Virus record (IMG/VR): IMGVR_UViG_3300029288_007068
DNA from: a virus
Lineage: Duplodnaviria; Heunggongvirae; Uroviricota; Caudoviricetes
Length of the DNA: 64,000 bases
Direction: 5' to 3' (one strand)
Positions 1 to 9,189 of this stretch are shown piece by piece (positions within the stretch are counted from its first letter, which is position 1; each line of letters starts with the position of its first letter). A model generated the notes under the pieces. That model did no database searches. It saw nothing but the letters and a program-made list of their open reading frames with translations, and was not told where the DNA came from. The translations under genes were made by a program, and so were the position numbers.

Positions 1-254
1 AAAACGTGTTAGCGACAAACGATAACTTGAGTTTGAGCGTATAAAAGCATATTGCCATGACATATAAGCCAACCATAGTTAAAGATGAAGATAGTATGTT
101 TACTTTGTTCCCATTAAGACTATCCATAATCATTGGAATGAGTAGAAAGCCGAATAAGAAACTAACAAGCATGATTGCTTTATCTTGCCAAGTTTTCATT
201 CTCTCCACCACATTACTCAGGTATCCTTTATATAGTATGATTTATACCTTAGTA

Positions 255-1232
255 TTATTTTTTGAAACTGCATGATTCACATTTTGGATATCGTTCCCGC
301 AGATACGAACACTTTGGGAAGCGGGGTTTGATGGATGTAAGAATAGTCATCGTCTTTCCCACATTGAAGTTTTGCCATTTGCATTCACGAAAGAACGCTG
401 TGATAGCCATATCTCTGTAACCTTGTAGTTTTAGCCAAGACGCGAGTTCAAGCCTATCAGCATAACAGGGGTCTGATGACTTTGCCACTTCTTTAAGACA
501 AGGCAACCCTATTGATTCTAAAGTTGGAGTGAGGACGCCACCGGGATTGAGGTCTATGTTTAAGGAGCCATCTTTCTTATCTCGAAATTTATATTCAGGA
601 GTGAGTTGGACAATCTCATCAAGGGTTCTGGTAGTTGTAGAGTGTGGTGGCATCTCACCCGGTTCTTTTATGAGTTGTTCAATATGGTCAAGTCCTTTTT
701 CGAAGTCTTCTGGAGAAAGATATCGACAATAGTTTCCATTGTCTTCAAAGAGGTTGGTCTTCTTATTAAGGGCAACGTGTTTGGTTGTTGGGATGCGAAT
801 GAGCAAACCTTTTTTGGCGAATAGAGGCTCATCGGTTGATTGGAGATTGAAGTATTTTTTTAGGGAATGTTGGACGCTATAGACTTTGCTGTTAGAAAGG
901 TCAGTCATCGGTTCTTCTTTGAACATGATGTAGAAATGGAATCCTTTTCCACCACTACAAACCACTCTATAATCGATTTCTTTTTCCTTACAGAAATCTT
1001 GGAGTTTCTTCACTTCTTTGTAAGGAATCCGCCATCCAAGGTCCGAATCAAAGTCAAAGACAATTCTATCCATCAATGGCGTATTTCTGTCGACAAATCG
1101 GTGAACCGATTTAAAGCACGGTCGCTTCCCATTGTAATACGATATCAAGCTCTGGAGGGTAAATTCACTTTCGCAATATATTCTTTCCGGGAATCCCAAC
1201 CAGGCATTTAGGGAAGCGAACATTGGTGCCAC
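255..1232 (-). CDS. Archaeo-eukaryotic primase (AEP) / primase-polymerase small-subunit-like protein
   Basis: Catalytic DxD motif in VFDFDSD and the PriS/PrimPol signature VVCSGGKGFHFYIMF (SGxxGxHxH-type). Confidence 0.6.
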   Translation of the reverse strand: MAPMFASLNAWLGFPERIYCESEFTLQSLISYYNGKRPCFKSVHRFVDRNTPLMDRIVFDFDSDLGWRIPYKEVKKLQDFCKEKEIDYRVVCSGGKGFHFYIMFKEEPMTDLSNSKVYSVQHSLKKYFNLQSTDEPLFAKKGLLIRIPTTKHVALNKKTNLFEDNGNYCRYLSPEDFEKGLDHIEQLIKEPGEMPPHSTTTRTLDEIVQLTPEYKFRDKKDGSLNIDLNPGGVLTPTLESIGLPCLKEVAKSSDPCYADRLELASWLKLQGYRDMAITAFFRECKWQNFNVGKTMTILTSIKPRFPKCSYLRERYPKCESCSFKK

Positions 1233-1234
1233 AA

Positions 1235-2017
1235 CTACTCATCCTTCTTAAGATACGGTGATAGCATCACTCCAAATCGGTGACTCTGACTGACTTCACT
1301 GAACCACGCTGGCATATTTGAACGCATACAAATATCTACATCATGACTAAAGACTTTTGTTATCTGTTTGATTCCTTTAGTGAATGTAACATCGAGCTCT
1401 TCATTGACTGCGAGAACCTGACAAGTTGGCTCAAGAAGCGAACTATCTTCAACTTCATGGATGTCACCAACAAGGACTTTGAGTTTCCTTTCTTTCCCTA
1501 TTTGATATCTATAAAACTCTGTTCCATGTTTGGACGCCCAAGCATCGATGTCTCGGAACGACTTAAGACCAATGACCACATGAGTATCAAGGGCGACTTC
1601 ACCTTTTTGGATGTATGGGACTTTATCTTTCATGACAAAGGGAACACCCATTTTGATTTCGTCTTGGCTTACTTTCGCCAGAGTGATATTGTCTTTTGCT
1701 CCACCACCACTGAGTTGCAGTTTGTTTTTGGCTGAGGGCGAAGGATATTCAAGTGTTATGATATCATCTGGTTTACGAAGGCTGGCAAAGCCTTTGACTT
1801 TTTCAACATCTATCTTTATGGATTCTTGCTCTGTAGAAATCTCTTTGAAGTTGTCGGGAAGAAACTGGACATATCTATAAGAGAAGTCATCTTTATCTGA
1901 CTGGGCGGAAATGAGTTTCCCTTCTTTGGTTGTTATAATGGAAAAGGGAAAGAGACCATCGACGTAGAGGTAGTTGAGGATTTCAAGGAGTTTGGATTGC
2001 TGGACAACTATCTTCAT
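1235..2017 (-). CDS. Hypothetical protein; possibly a PCNA-like sliding clamp
   Basis: About 260 aa, the size of a PCNA monomer. Sits between the primase and the recombinase ATPase. Loose resemblance to PCNA in the LQLSGGGAKDNITLAKV region. No strict motif. Confidence 0.25.
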   Translation of the reverse strand: MKIVVQQSKLLEILNYLYVDGLFPFSIITTKEGKLISAQSDKDDFSYRYVQFLPDNFKEISTEQESIKIDVEKVKGFASLRKPDDIITLEYPSPSAKNKLQLSGGGAKDNITLAKVSQDEIKMGVPFVMKDKVPYIQKGEVALDTHVVIGLKSFRDIDAWASKHGTEFYRYQIGKERKLKVLVGDIHEVEDSSLLEPTCQVLAVNEELDVTFTKGIKQITKVFSHDVDICMRSNMPAWFSEVSQSHRFGVMLSPYLKKDE

Positions 2018-2150
2018 GGTGCCACGTTTTCCTTTATCTCTTGTAACAAAATTTCATAAGCATTGATTGCACAACTATCTTCGTACGTCTCTGACCACCA
2101 CTGGCATTTTTCTCTTATACATTCTTCTTTCATTATTGGACAAAACATTT

Positions 2151-3299
2151 CTACACACTCCAGTTAAAATCTTCTTCTGTTTTCTTTTCTACTTTCTTTG
2201 GAGGAGCAACTACTTCTTCTTTTGATATCTTTGTTTCTCCTTCTTTATTGACAACTGTTACTGTCTTCTCTTCCTTCTTTGGTTCCGGTTTCGGCTCTTC
2301 TTTTTTCACTTGAGGTGTGGGTGTTTCCGCTTTCGGAGTTGGCTTTGGAGGACTTGGAATTCCCGCTTCCAATTCGAGTTCTTCTATGGCTGACGACCGG
2401 TATCCTTTGTCTTCGAATTGCTTTAAGATTTTCTTGTGCACCGCATAACTATTTTTATCCGTGATATCTACTTCTGAATAAAGGCGACTATACCCTGTTA
2501 GCTTAAAGCATTGTTGATAGAACTTGTCACCACGATGTGCCTTGTATATAACTGTGTCAAATCTGTGAACGTTATCTTTTTCTCCGGCGGGGCGCACTTT
2601 AATGGAATAAAAAATTGAATCTTTGTTTGACTCTTCTTTTATCTCAGAGGTTGCACCGACGTTGAAAGGCATCTTTTTAATTCTGTCAATCCAATTGAAA
2701 TTGTGGAAGAACTTAATAACTGTCCAATCCTTCCAGCCTTCAAGAGCTTGATATGCTGTATCTTTTGCATCCTTCGCTTCCATGAGTTCCTGAACTTGTT
2801 GTCTTTTTGCCGCCATGAGGTCTGCGAGGGTTTCACCAAATGCCTTTCGAGAGTAATAGTCTTGTGACATCCGCCATGCTTCCTCAAGTAATTCCACTAT
2901 AAGCCATCCATGCGTTCCTGTTTGCTTATGATGTTCAAGGAGTTTCTTTTCTGCATCAGCTGTCGCGGAAACCATATCTTCGTAGCAATTCACCGTATAA
3001 ATAAACACTCTATCTACATATTCTTTGGGAATTAGATTATAGAGTTTCGTAATGCCTGTCGCCCGGTCGGAAAAAATGATACACATTAACACTTTTTCTT
3101 TTGGAACTTTGTTAGCCTTCAAAAAACCCAAGATGTCGAGATACCCTTTTGTCTTCCCGGAATTCGACTCACCATACCAAAGAATCTTTTCTGTCTCTGC
3201 TGTTTCTTTAGCAAACTGAGTCATAGGAATTGCAATCGCTGGGACATTCCACAAATCTTTGGGTTGTTCTTGTCCTATCACTTGCTTTTTTACTACCAT
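2151..3299 (-). CDS. RecA-family P-loop ATPase (Sak4 / AAA_24-like) with low-complexity Lys/Pro/Glu-rich C-terminal tail
   Basis: Walker A in WYGESNSGKTKGYLDILGF near the N-terminus, as in phage Sak4-type annealing ATPases. C-terminal PKPTPKAETPTPQVKKEEPKPEPKKEEK repeat region. Confidence 0.5.
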   Translation of the reverse strand: MVVKKQVIGQEQPKDLWNVPAIAIPMTQFAKETAETEKILWYGESNSGKTKGYLDILGFLKANKVPKEKVLMCIIFSDRATGITKLYNLIPKEYVDRVFIYTVNCYEDMVSATADAEKKLLEHHKQTGTHGWLIVELLEEAWRMSQDYYSRKAFGETLADLMAAKRQQVQELMEAKDAKDTAYQALEGWKDWTVIKFFHNFNWIDRIKKMPFNVGATSEIKEESNKDSIFYSIKVRPAGEKDNVHRFDTVIYKAHRGDKFYQQCFKLTGYSRLYSEVDITDKNSYAVHKKILKQFEDKGYRSSAIEELELEAGIPSPPKPTPKAETPTPQVKKEEPKPEPKKEEKTVTVVNKEGETKISKEEVVAPPKKVEKKTEEDFNWSV

Positions 3300-3307
3300 T
3301 TAATCAC

Positions 3308-4336
3308 CTATATTGCAAAGTCTTCATCGGACTTCGGTTTTGTTATATCATCTTCTGAATCTTCCAACTCATCGGGATTTATGGTTTCAGTTTTCTTTTC
3401 CGGTTGTTTGGACTCTATTTTTCTCTTTACTCCAACGCCTACCGGAATACTAAAGAAGTAATCCCATCGAGCAATGTTTTTATTTTTATCGTAGTTGACC
3501 GCACCGACGCATTTGAGAGTTACGCCCTTTTCATGGATAACATCTTCCGGGTGAATCCAAAACGTATATGAGCCGGGTTTTCCACCTTCACCGCCACCCA
3601 ACATTGAATCATCTGTAACCACATACTGTCCATATTCAGTTTTATCAGCCCTTTCGCCAGTCCTGTAATCAATAATCATTGCCTTAATTACTCTTATATC
3701 TATTCGGTTAGCTCTATTGTGCAAGTCCATCTCATCGAGTTGTATGAGAAGGTTCTTCTCTTTCGGCTCCAAATACTCTTTATAGAATTCTTCATTGGTC
3801 GGCATAGCAACTTCTGTTGTTTCTATAAAGGTTGCATCGTTACCACCCAACTCAATTCCTTCTATAGTTGTTGCACCACCATCCGGCGTTGCTTTTACTT
3901 CTTTTGTTGACAATGAAACTTTGTAAACTTTGCCAGTTGATATCTTTGTTGCCGCCTCTCCAGCCTTTTCCCAAAGTGTTCCAGCCGCGAGTTCTGGTTT
4001 TCCTGGAATTGGGTTTCCCTCATCGTCATTTGTTATTCTTTTAATAACAGCAAACACATCAGCCCGCATTTTCCCAGCTTTGGTTTTCCCACCTCTGGGT
4101 TTCGAAAATGGACGCAAGAACATTTGACTGGTTTGTCCTGTCATCGTATGACGCCGACATAACAATGCCCAAGCATATCTTATTTTGAATTCAGCTTGTT
4201 CAGCTGGCATGGCTTTGATTGTGTCGTCATTTGCCATTATCTGCTTTAATTCTTCCACCAAAACTTTTGGTTCAACCTTTGAGGAAGTTGCTAAATTTTT
4301 TAGACCACTTTTTATGTCTTCCGGTATTTCTGCCAT
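3308..4336 (-). CDS. Putative single-stranded DNA-binding protein
   Basis: Strongly acidic C-terminal tail ending in an aromatic residue (DELEDSEDDITKPKSDEDFAI), as in SSB, T7 gp2.5 and T4 gp32 tails. Lies next to the recombinase ATPase. The fold cannot be verified from sequence. Confidence 0.3.
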   Translation of the reverse strand: MAEIPEDIKSGLKNLATSSKVEPKVLVEELKQIMANDDTIKAMPAEQAEFKIRYAWALLCRRHTMTGQTSQMFLRPFSKPRGGKTKAGKMRADVFAVIKRITNDDEGNPIPGKPELAAGTLWEKAGEAATKISTGKVYKVSLSTKEVKATPDGGATTIEGIELGGNDATFIETTEVAMPTNEEFYKEYLEPKEKNLLIQLDEMDLHNRANRIDIRVIKAMIIDYRTGERADKTEYGQYVVTDDSMLGGGEGGKPGSYTFWIHPEDVIHEKGVTLKCVGAVNYDKNKNIARWDYFFSIPVGVGVKRKIESKQPEKKTETINPDELEDSEDDITKPKSDEDFAI

Positions 4337-4417
4337 AAATTATTTCTCCTTCATATTATGTAAATCTCATGTAATAAATATTATTGGATATTATTATCAG
4401 TCATAATATGTTAGCAT

Positions 4418-4438
4418 AGGGAGAACGCATCTCCCTAC
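4418..4438 (-). terminator. 8-bp perfect hairpin (TAGGGAGA-ACGCA-TCTCCCTA) downstream of gene 4458..4811
   Basis: The inverted repeat is visible in the sequence. It is followed by A/U-rich sequence but not a clean U-run. Confidence 0.25.
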
Positions 4439-4457
4439 CCAACATACTCTCTTGTCA

Positions 4458-4811
4458 TTAGACCACTGAAACTACTGAGTCGCCTTCTTCGAGGTTCACT
4501 AATCGAACACCTGATTTTCCCCGACCCATGAGTTTGATTTCGTCGACGCCTACGATAGCACCTTGTCCAAATTTGGTTAAGACAAAGACGACTCCACCAT
4601 CTTGGACTTTTACAACCGCAATGGTATTGCCCTTCTCTTTATCTTCCGCCAAAAACATTGCGCGGGTGCCTTTTGTTCCACGGTGTGATACGCGGAATTC
4701 GGCAAGAGTTGTTCGTGTCGCATACCCTTTGTCAGTCACAATGAGAACTTGCTCATCGGGACCGCGTTGGGTAGTTTCCTCTCCAGCTTCGATATTTTCT
4801 TCTTCTGCCAT
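4458..4811 (-). CDS. Hypothetical protein (acidic N-terminus)
   Basis: ORF with an upstream SD. No recognisable motif. Confidence 0.4.
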   Translation of the reverse strand: MAEEENIEAGEETTQRGPDEQVLIVTDKGYATRTTLAEFRVSHRGTKGTRAMFLAEDKEKGNTIAVVKVQDGGVVFVLTKFGQGAIVGVDEIKLMGRGKSGVRLVNLEEGDSVVSVV

Positions 4812-4850
4812 ATTTACGTTCTCCTATAGATTTTTGTTTTTTTCTTAAGA

Positions 4851-6380
4851 CTAAAGTATATCCTGAATTAGTTTTACATAAACAGTATTCCCAAACTTCT
4901 TCTTTAAGAACCACTTGTTTTTATTCGTATCATCTTCTTCTTCTGTTTCCAATTTCAGCGCCCGATTGTTTGCTGTAACTCTGGAACAATTATCCCAAGC
5001 AAACTGTAAATCCCTAATCCATTTTGACCTTCTAACCCAAACTTTATCTTTGACATTTCCTTTTGCGTTCTCTTTCAACAAACGCTTATAAGTATCTATC
5101 GACCTGTGAATCATATAAGTCATTTTTACTTTTTGTTCACTTGTTGGAATTAATAAATCTTCTATGTTATAAATTAGATTTCGCCACATTGGCTCAAAAA
5201 CTCTTTTAGCATAAAGAATATCTTCCGACTCAACGCTATTCCTCAAACATATAATGGCATGGTGAATCGCAAATCTAACCAATATCTCATAAATTCTATG
5301 GACAAATTCCGCCAACTTCTCTTGCGCAATTGAAGTAGTATCTTTAATCATCTCAACCAATTCATGGACAACATGCTTCAATTCTCCTTTTGATGTTTCG
5401 CTTATGTTAAAACAATATCCCTTCCAAATCGGCTTATCCAATCTATTGACTTCTGATTTAATCCAATTACAAAGCATATCTATCTGGGATTGATTGAACG
5501 TTGGCATAATCCTTTTTGCTATTCTCACAAGTTTCTCATCATCAATTCTAAACTTCTTTTCAGTTTCTATACCACCCAACTTTTGATACTTATCAATTAT
5601 AGTTTTAAGTCTATCTAATATCTCTTTATACTCTTTATCATAACTCTCTTCTGTCAGAGCATTCAACTTTTCAATAGCTTTATCTACCACTTTCATTCTT
5701 TCTTCGAGAGTTGGATTCTTCATGTTTGTAGTAAACCTTTGTATCACACCACGCTTCACCAGAGCCTCGATGAACTTGTCGGGAATATAAGTAGTAAAGA
5801 GGAATGAACAATGGGGCTTAAATCGAATTGCATCGGGTATAGAGCCAAGCTTCTTTGTTATCTCACAAGACGCATCATCCAAAGGATTCATGGCAACTTG
5901 AGCATAAGTTAAATTCTTTTTACTGAACTCAGTTTGATAATCAAACATTGGCGACGCCTCTTCCATTGATATCATATCTGCGTCTTCCATTAGTCCATGT
6001 ATAATTTCAAAACTCCCATCTGGCAACCGTTGTCCAGTCCCAACCAATCCCGCATCTGTTGCCTCTGTCAATTGCTCATCATGGAGTCCAACATCTTTTG
6101 CCAATCTCCGATAAAATCCATAACCGGAACCCTTACCTGTACCGGCGGGCATGATTAACAATAGGTGCATCCTAATATCTATCTTTCTTGCGCCGGCTCT
6201 GAAATAAATGTTTTTCAGGGCTTGTCCAAGAATAACATGGAGAATCATAACTCCATATTCTTTATTACTAATGGAGTATTCGTTAAAATGCTTTAAGAAG
6301 TCATGAATGAAATTATCGCCATATTTAGAGGAATCAAACTCTTCTTTAGTTGGTTTTTTAGTCATTTTAGTTCCACTCAT
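4851..6380 (-). CDS. Hypothetical 509-aa protein with glycine-rich loop (IMPAGTGKGSGYG); overlaps the start of the transglycosylase gene
   Basis: Long uninterrupted ORF whose start overlaps the downstream TGT-family gene by 14 nt. The glycine-rich motif resembles a nucleotide-binding loop but is not a canonical Walker A. Confidence 0.45.
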   Translation of the reverse strand: MSGTKMTKKPTKEEFDSSKYGDNFIHDFLKHFNEYSISNKEYGVMILHVILGQALKNIYFRAGARKIDIRMHLLLIMPAGTGKGSGYGFYRRLAKDVGLHDEQLTEATDAGLVGTGQRLPDGSFEIIHGLMEDADMISMEEASPMFDYQTEFSKKNLTYAQVAMNPLDDASCEITKKLGSIPDAIRFKPHCSFLFTTYIPDKFIEALVKRGVIQRFTTNMKNPTLEERMKVVDKAIEKLNALTEESYDKEYKEILDRLKTIIDKYQKLGGIETEKKFRIDDEKLVRIAKRIMPTFNQSQIDMLCNWIKSEVNRLDKPIWKGYCFNISETSKGELKHVVHELVEMIKDTTSIAQEKLAEFVHRIYEILVRFAIHHAIICLRNSVESEDILYAKRVFEPMWRNLIYNIEDLLIPTSEQKVKMTYMIHRSIDTYKRLLKENAKGNVKDKVWVRRSKWIRDLQFAWDNCSRVTANNRALKLETEEEDDTNKNKWFLKKKFGNTVYVKLIQDIL

Positions 6381-7497
6381 TATCTGTATCTATATCGCCG
6401 AGCCCATCTTGCCTCTTTGGCTCTCCATAGATAAGGTGATTGATTCCATCTTTGTATGTTTCTTTGTTCTTTCGATAAACCGGCTGTAATCTCAAAATCT
6501 TGTTAATGATGTCATCGAAACACTCATCATCTTGAACCATGACATTGACATAATCATTCCATCTCTTTCTGACATAGACGTTATGTAAAAGCATGGGATA
6601 ATAATTATTAATCATTTCATTAACTGTGTGCTTTGAACAAACCGGACAATCACATGGATTTGGACCATCCATATCAAACTTAACTTGTGCTTCTAAATTC
6701 TTTTTGGTATAAGAAAGCGAACTCAAGTAATATGGGTCGTGATACTTACCCATCATCAAACCCATGGCGGCACTTGATGTATCATATGTGTAAAATCTTT
6801 TAAACTTGTGAGCCATCTTTGCAAATATTACAACAAGCAATGGCTCACACTTACCAAGAAAATGGAAATTAGTCCCAATCTCTTTCGCAAATTGCAATTG
6901 AGAAAGCCAGTTTTGTTGATACGCGGGATTAAATGAAGACCACATTGGAAACGTATAACCGGGAAACTCACCATAAGTTTTCGTTAGGTGCTCGTGCCAC
7001 TTCATCATATCGTTATAATTTCCACCTTGAATGACCGCCCATATTTGAGTATCTTTATAACCTTCTGACTTATATTCTTCTAACTTAGATGCGGCAGTCC
7101 AAGCATTAGCATTTGATATCTCCATGTATTTTTTAAAGTCATCTTCTGGGTAATATTTTAAGTTATCTACTTCTGAACGATAAGCGTATGCTGGAACATC
7201 TACAGTAAAAGCAACGTTGGCTTTGATTTTCTTTACTTGCCATTCCAAGACATCTAAACAAGAAACCTTTTTACCCAACTTACTAATTTGAAACCCACCT
7301 GAATCAGCAACTATATAATCAGCTTCTGGGAAATCTGCGTCTCGAGTTTTATTCATTCCCGTAACGAAAGGTGACGCAAAGACATATGGATAATAAAAAT
7401 AGGGATTATCTTTATACCAATGCATTGCCCGCCGCCATTCTTCACGCTTGAATGTAATGCTGACAGGCATATAAATTGTGCCTTTTCTCTCTGCCAC
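6367..7497 (-). CDS. tRNA-guanine transglycosylase family protein (phage DpdA-like DNA 7-deazaguanine transglycosylase)
   Basis: Catalytic-aspartate motif ADSGGFQ and C-terminal zinc site CDCPVCSKH (CxCxxC...H), both typical of the TGT superfamily. Adjacent to folE and queE. Confidence 0.6.
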   Translation of the reverse strand: MAERKGTIYMPVSITFKREEWRRAMHWYKDNPYFYYPYVFASPFVTGMNKTRDADFPEADYIVADSGGFQISKLGKKVSCLDVLEWQVKKIKANVAFTVDVPAYAYRSEVDNLKYYPEDDFKKYMEISNANAWTAASKLEEYKSEGYKDTQIWAVIQGGNYNDMMKWHEHLTKTYGEFPGYTFPMWSSFNPAYQQNWLSQLQFAKEIGTNFHFLGKCEPLLVVIFAKMAHKFKRFYTYDTSSAAMGLMMGKYHDPYYLSSLSYTKKNLEAQVKFDMDGPNPCDCPVCSKHTVNEMINNYYPMLLHNVYVRKRWNDYVNVMVQDDECFDDIINKILRLQPVYRKNKETYKDGINHLIYGEPKRQDGLGDIDTDNEWN

Positions 7498-7499
7498 TT

Positions 7500-7883
7500 T
7501 TATTCCTCTTCTTCAACTAATTGTGTAGAGTCTATTTCATGTTGGTCGCGGAGATAATCGCCCACACAAGCTTCGCACACATGTGCCGACCCATTATCTA
7601 TACAACATATATCATCATCAACAGTCAGTGACGACCGACATTGGTCGCATTTTTCCACATATTCTTTACATAAGGGACATATCACGTGTTCTTCCATTGA
7701 TATCCACTCCTCTATTATTTTATCCATTCTCTCGGCTTTTGTATTTTTCATTTTTTGTTGGTAATTTTTTATTCTTCGTTTAAATGGCGCGGGATTCTGC
7801 GCATACTTCTTATTGTTATACTTATTTTGTGACTTTCTTATCTGTGGTTTATGAGTTAAATAATATTCTCTCGAATACGGCAC
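7500..7883 (-). CDS. Cys-rich basic zinc-binding protein
   Basis: Several CxxC pairs (CPLCKEY, CDQC, CEAC) and a basic N-terminus. Confidence 0.4.
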   Translation of the reverse strand: MPYSREYYLTHKPQIRKSQNKYNNKKYAQNPAPFKRRIKNYQQKMKNTKAERMDKIIEEWISMEEHVICPLCKEYVEKCDQCRSSLTVDDDICCIDNGSAHVCEACVGDYLRDQHEIDSTQLVEEEE

Positions 7884-8495
7884 TCACTCACGCTCACATA
7901 TTGATATCAAGTTCAATACTTCTTGACGAGCACCATTGTTTGTTTTAAATGCACCCCGAACTTCTGATGTAATGGTTCTTGTTGTATCATTTTTGGTTTC
8001 CCTTGATGACACACAAAGATGTTTTGCATCCACCACAACCATAACTCCTCTACATTCTAATGTTTTATATAAGCCGTCGGCTATCTGTTGTGTCATGCGT
8101 TCTTGAATTTGGAGTCTTCTGGCATAAATCTCAACAAGCTTAACTAATTTATCAAGACCAGTTACATATTTTGATGGGATATAAGCAATATACGCTTTTC
8201 CAAAGAAAGGCGCCATATGATGTTCACAAAATGAATAAAAAGAAATTGGTCCTTCTACCACTATTCCACAAGTTTCAGTAAACTGACGATTTAAAACATC
8301 TGCTGGTTTAAAATCATATCCACCAAACCACTCTTCGTATGCTTTAGCGACACGATATGGAGTTGCTTTAAGTCCTTCCCTATCTGGGTTTTCTCCTATT
8401 TCTCTTAAAAGAGTTTTGACAGCAGAATGAATATATTTGTTATTACGTAAATTTTGACGACACTCTTTGATTTCCATTAAACAACCTCTCGCCAC
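7884..8495 (-). CDS. folE: GTP cyclohydrolase I
   Basis: FolE signatures CEHHMAPF and QERMTQQIA. Length 203 aa. Confidence 0.8.
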   Translation of the reverse strand: MARGCLMEIKECRQNLRNNKYIHSAVKTLLREIGENPDREGLKATPYRVAKAYEEWFGGYDFKPADVLNRQFTETCGIVVEGPISFYSFCEHHMAPFFGKAYIAYIPSKYVTGLDKLVKLVEIYARRLQIQERMTQQIADGLYKTLECRGVMVVVDAKHLCVSSRETKNDTTRTITSEVRGAFKTNNGARQEVLNLISICERE

Positions 8496-8579
8496 CGATG
8501 GATAGATACCCCTATCTGAATAACTTCTCTAAACCAATAATGATAATATAAGATATGTCTTTATAAAATTTTTGGTAAG

Positions 8580-8729
8580 TTAATCATCACTTGTTTTCTT
8601 TATCTGTCGAAGCACGAAAACATATTTGCCTTTTGTTGCGCTCATTCTCTCCGACCACCGATATTGTTTAAGGTCAACTTCATTTGCTTCCTCTACATTG
8701 TCCTTTTCTATAAAATTTACTTGTGCCAT
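8580..8729 (-). CDS. Small hypothetical protein (49 aa), absent from the ORF track
   Basis: Hand-translated: MAQVNFIEKDNVEEANEVDLKQYRWSERMSATKGKYVFVLRQIKKTSDD. SD AAGAGGAAT upstream and a class-1 promoter motif at 8762..8794. Confidence 0.3.
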   Translation of the reverse strand: MAQVNFIEKDNVEEANEVDLKQYRWSERMSATKGKYVFVLRQIKKTSDD

Positions 8730-8791
8730 ATTTATTCCTCTTAATTTCCAAATATGTTGGTAATATATAAATTTTTAGATTGTCTTAATAG

Positions 8792-8923
8792 TTTAAAATT
8801 CTTCTGAATACATCTTTCTATACTTCTTATAGTGTTCTCGACAACAGAAGTTATGCTTTGTATGATAAACCGATTCCCGGCTTTTCTCAAATTTCTTTAG
8901 ACAATAATCACAATTGACTTTCA
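8792..8923 (-). CDS. Small zinc-finger protein (43 aa), absent from the ORF track
   Basis: Hand-translated: MKVNCDYCLKKFEKSRESVYHTKHNFCCREHYKKYRKMYSEEF. SD GGAGAAAA upstream. Confidence 0.3.
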
Positions 8924-9189
8924 TTTTTCTCCTTCTTCCTTTTACGCCACCGGGTAACTCTCTCAACATTTTTCTTTCTATTCATCTCATTGGCGCATTC
9001 TTCCGAACAATACCTTGTAACTTTTGTTCCATAATAATAGAAATCACAATCGGGATTAAGACACTTTTTGAGTTTTACCCTCTTCATCCTTCCTACTCGA
9101 TACTTTTTCTTTTTTATACACTCAGAACATTGCTTGTTATGACATGACTTCCCACAAGTCAAACATCTAATTACTTTTTTATACACCAC
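8908..9189 (-). CDS. Cys-rich basic zinc-ribbon protein
   Basis: CLTCGKSCHNKQCSECIKKKK and CLNPDCDF...CSEECANE motifs. Confidence 0.4.
   Translation of the reverse strand: MVYKKVIRCLTCGKSCHNKQCSECIKKKKYRVGRMKRVKLKKCLNPDCDFYYYGTKVTRYCSEECANEMNRKKNVERVTRWRKRKKEKNESQL

Noticed and set aside
4851-6380. Terminase large subunit assignment for the 509-aa protein
   Set aside because: It is large and carries a Gly-rich loop, but has no canonical Walker A/B or nuclease motifs recognisable by eye. It is left as hypothetical (a possible DpdA partner).
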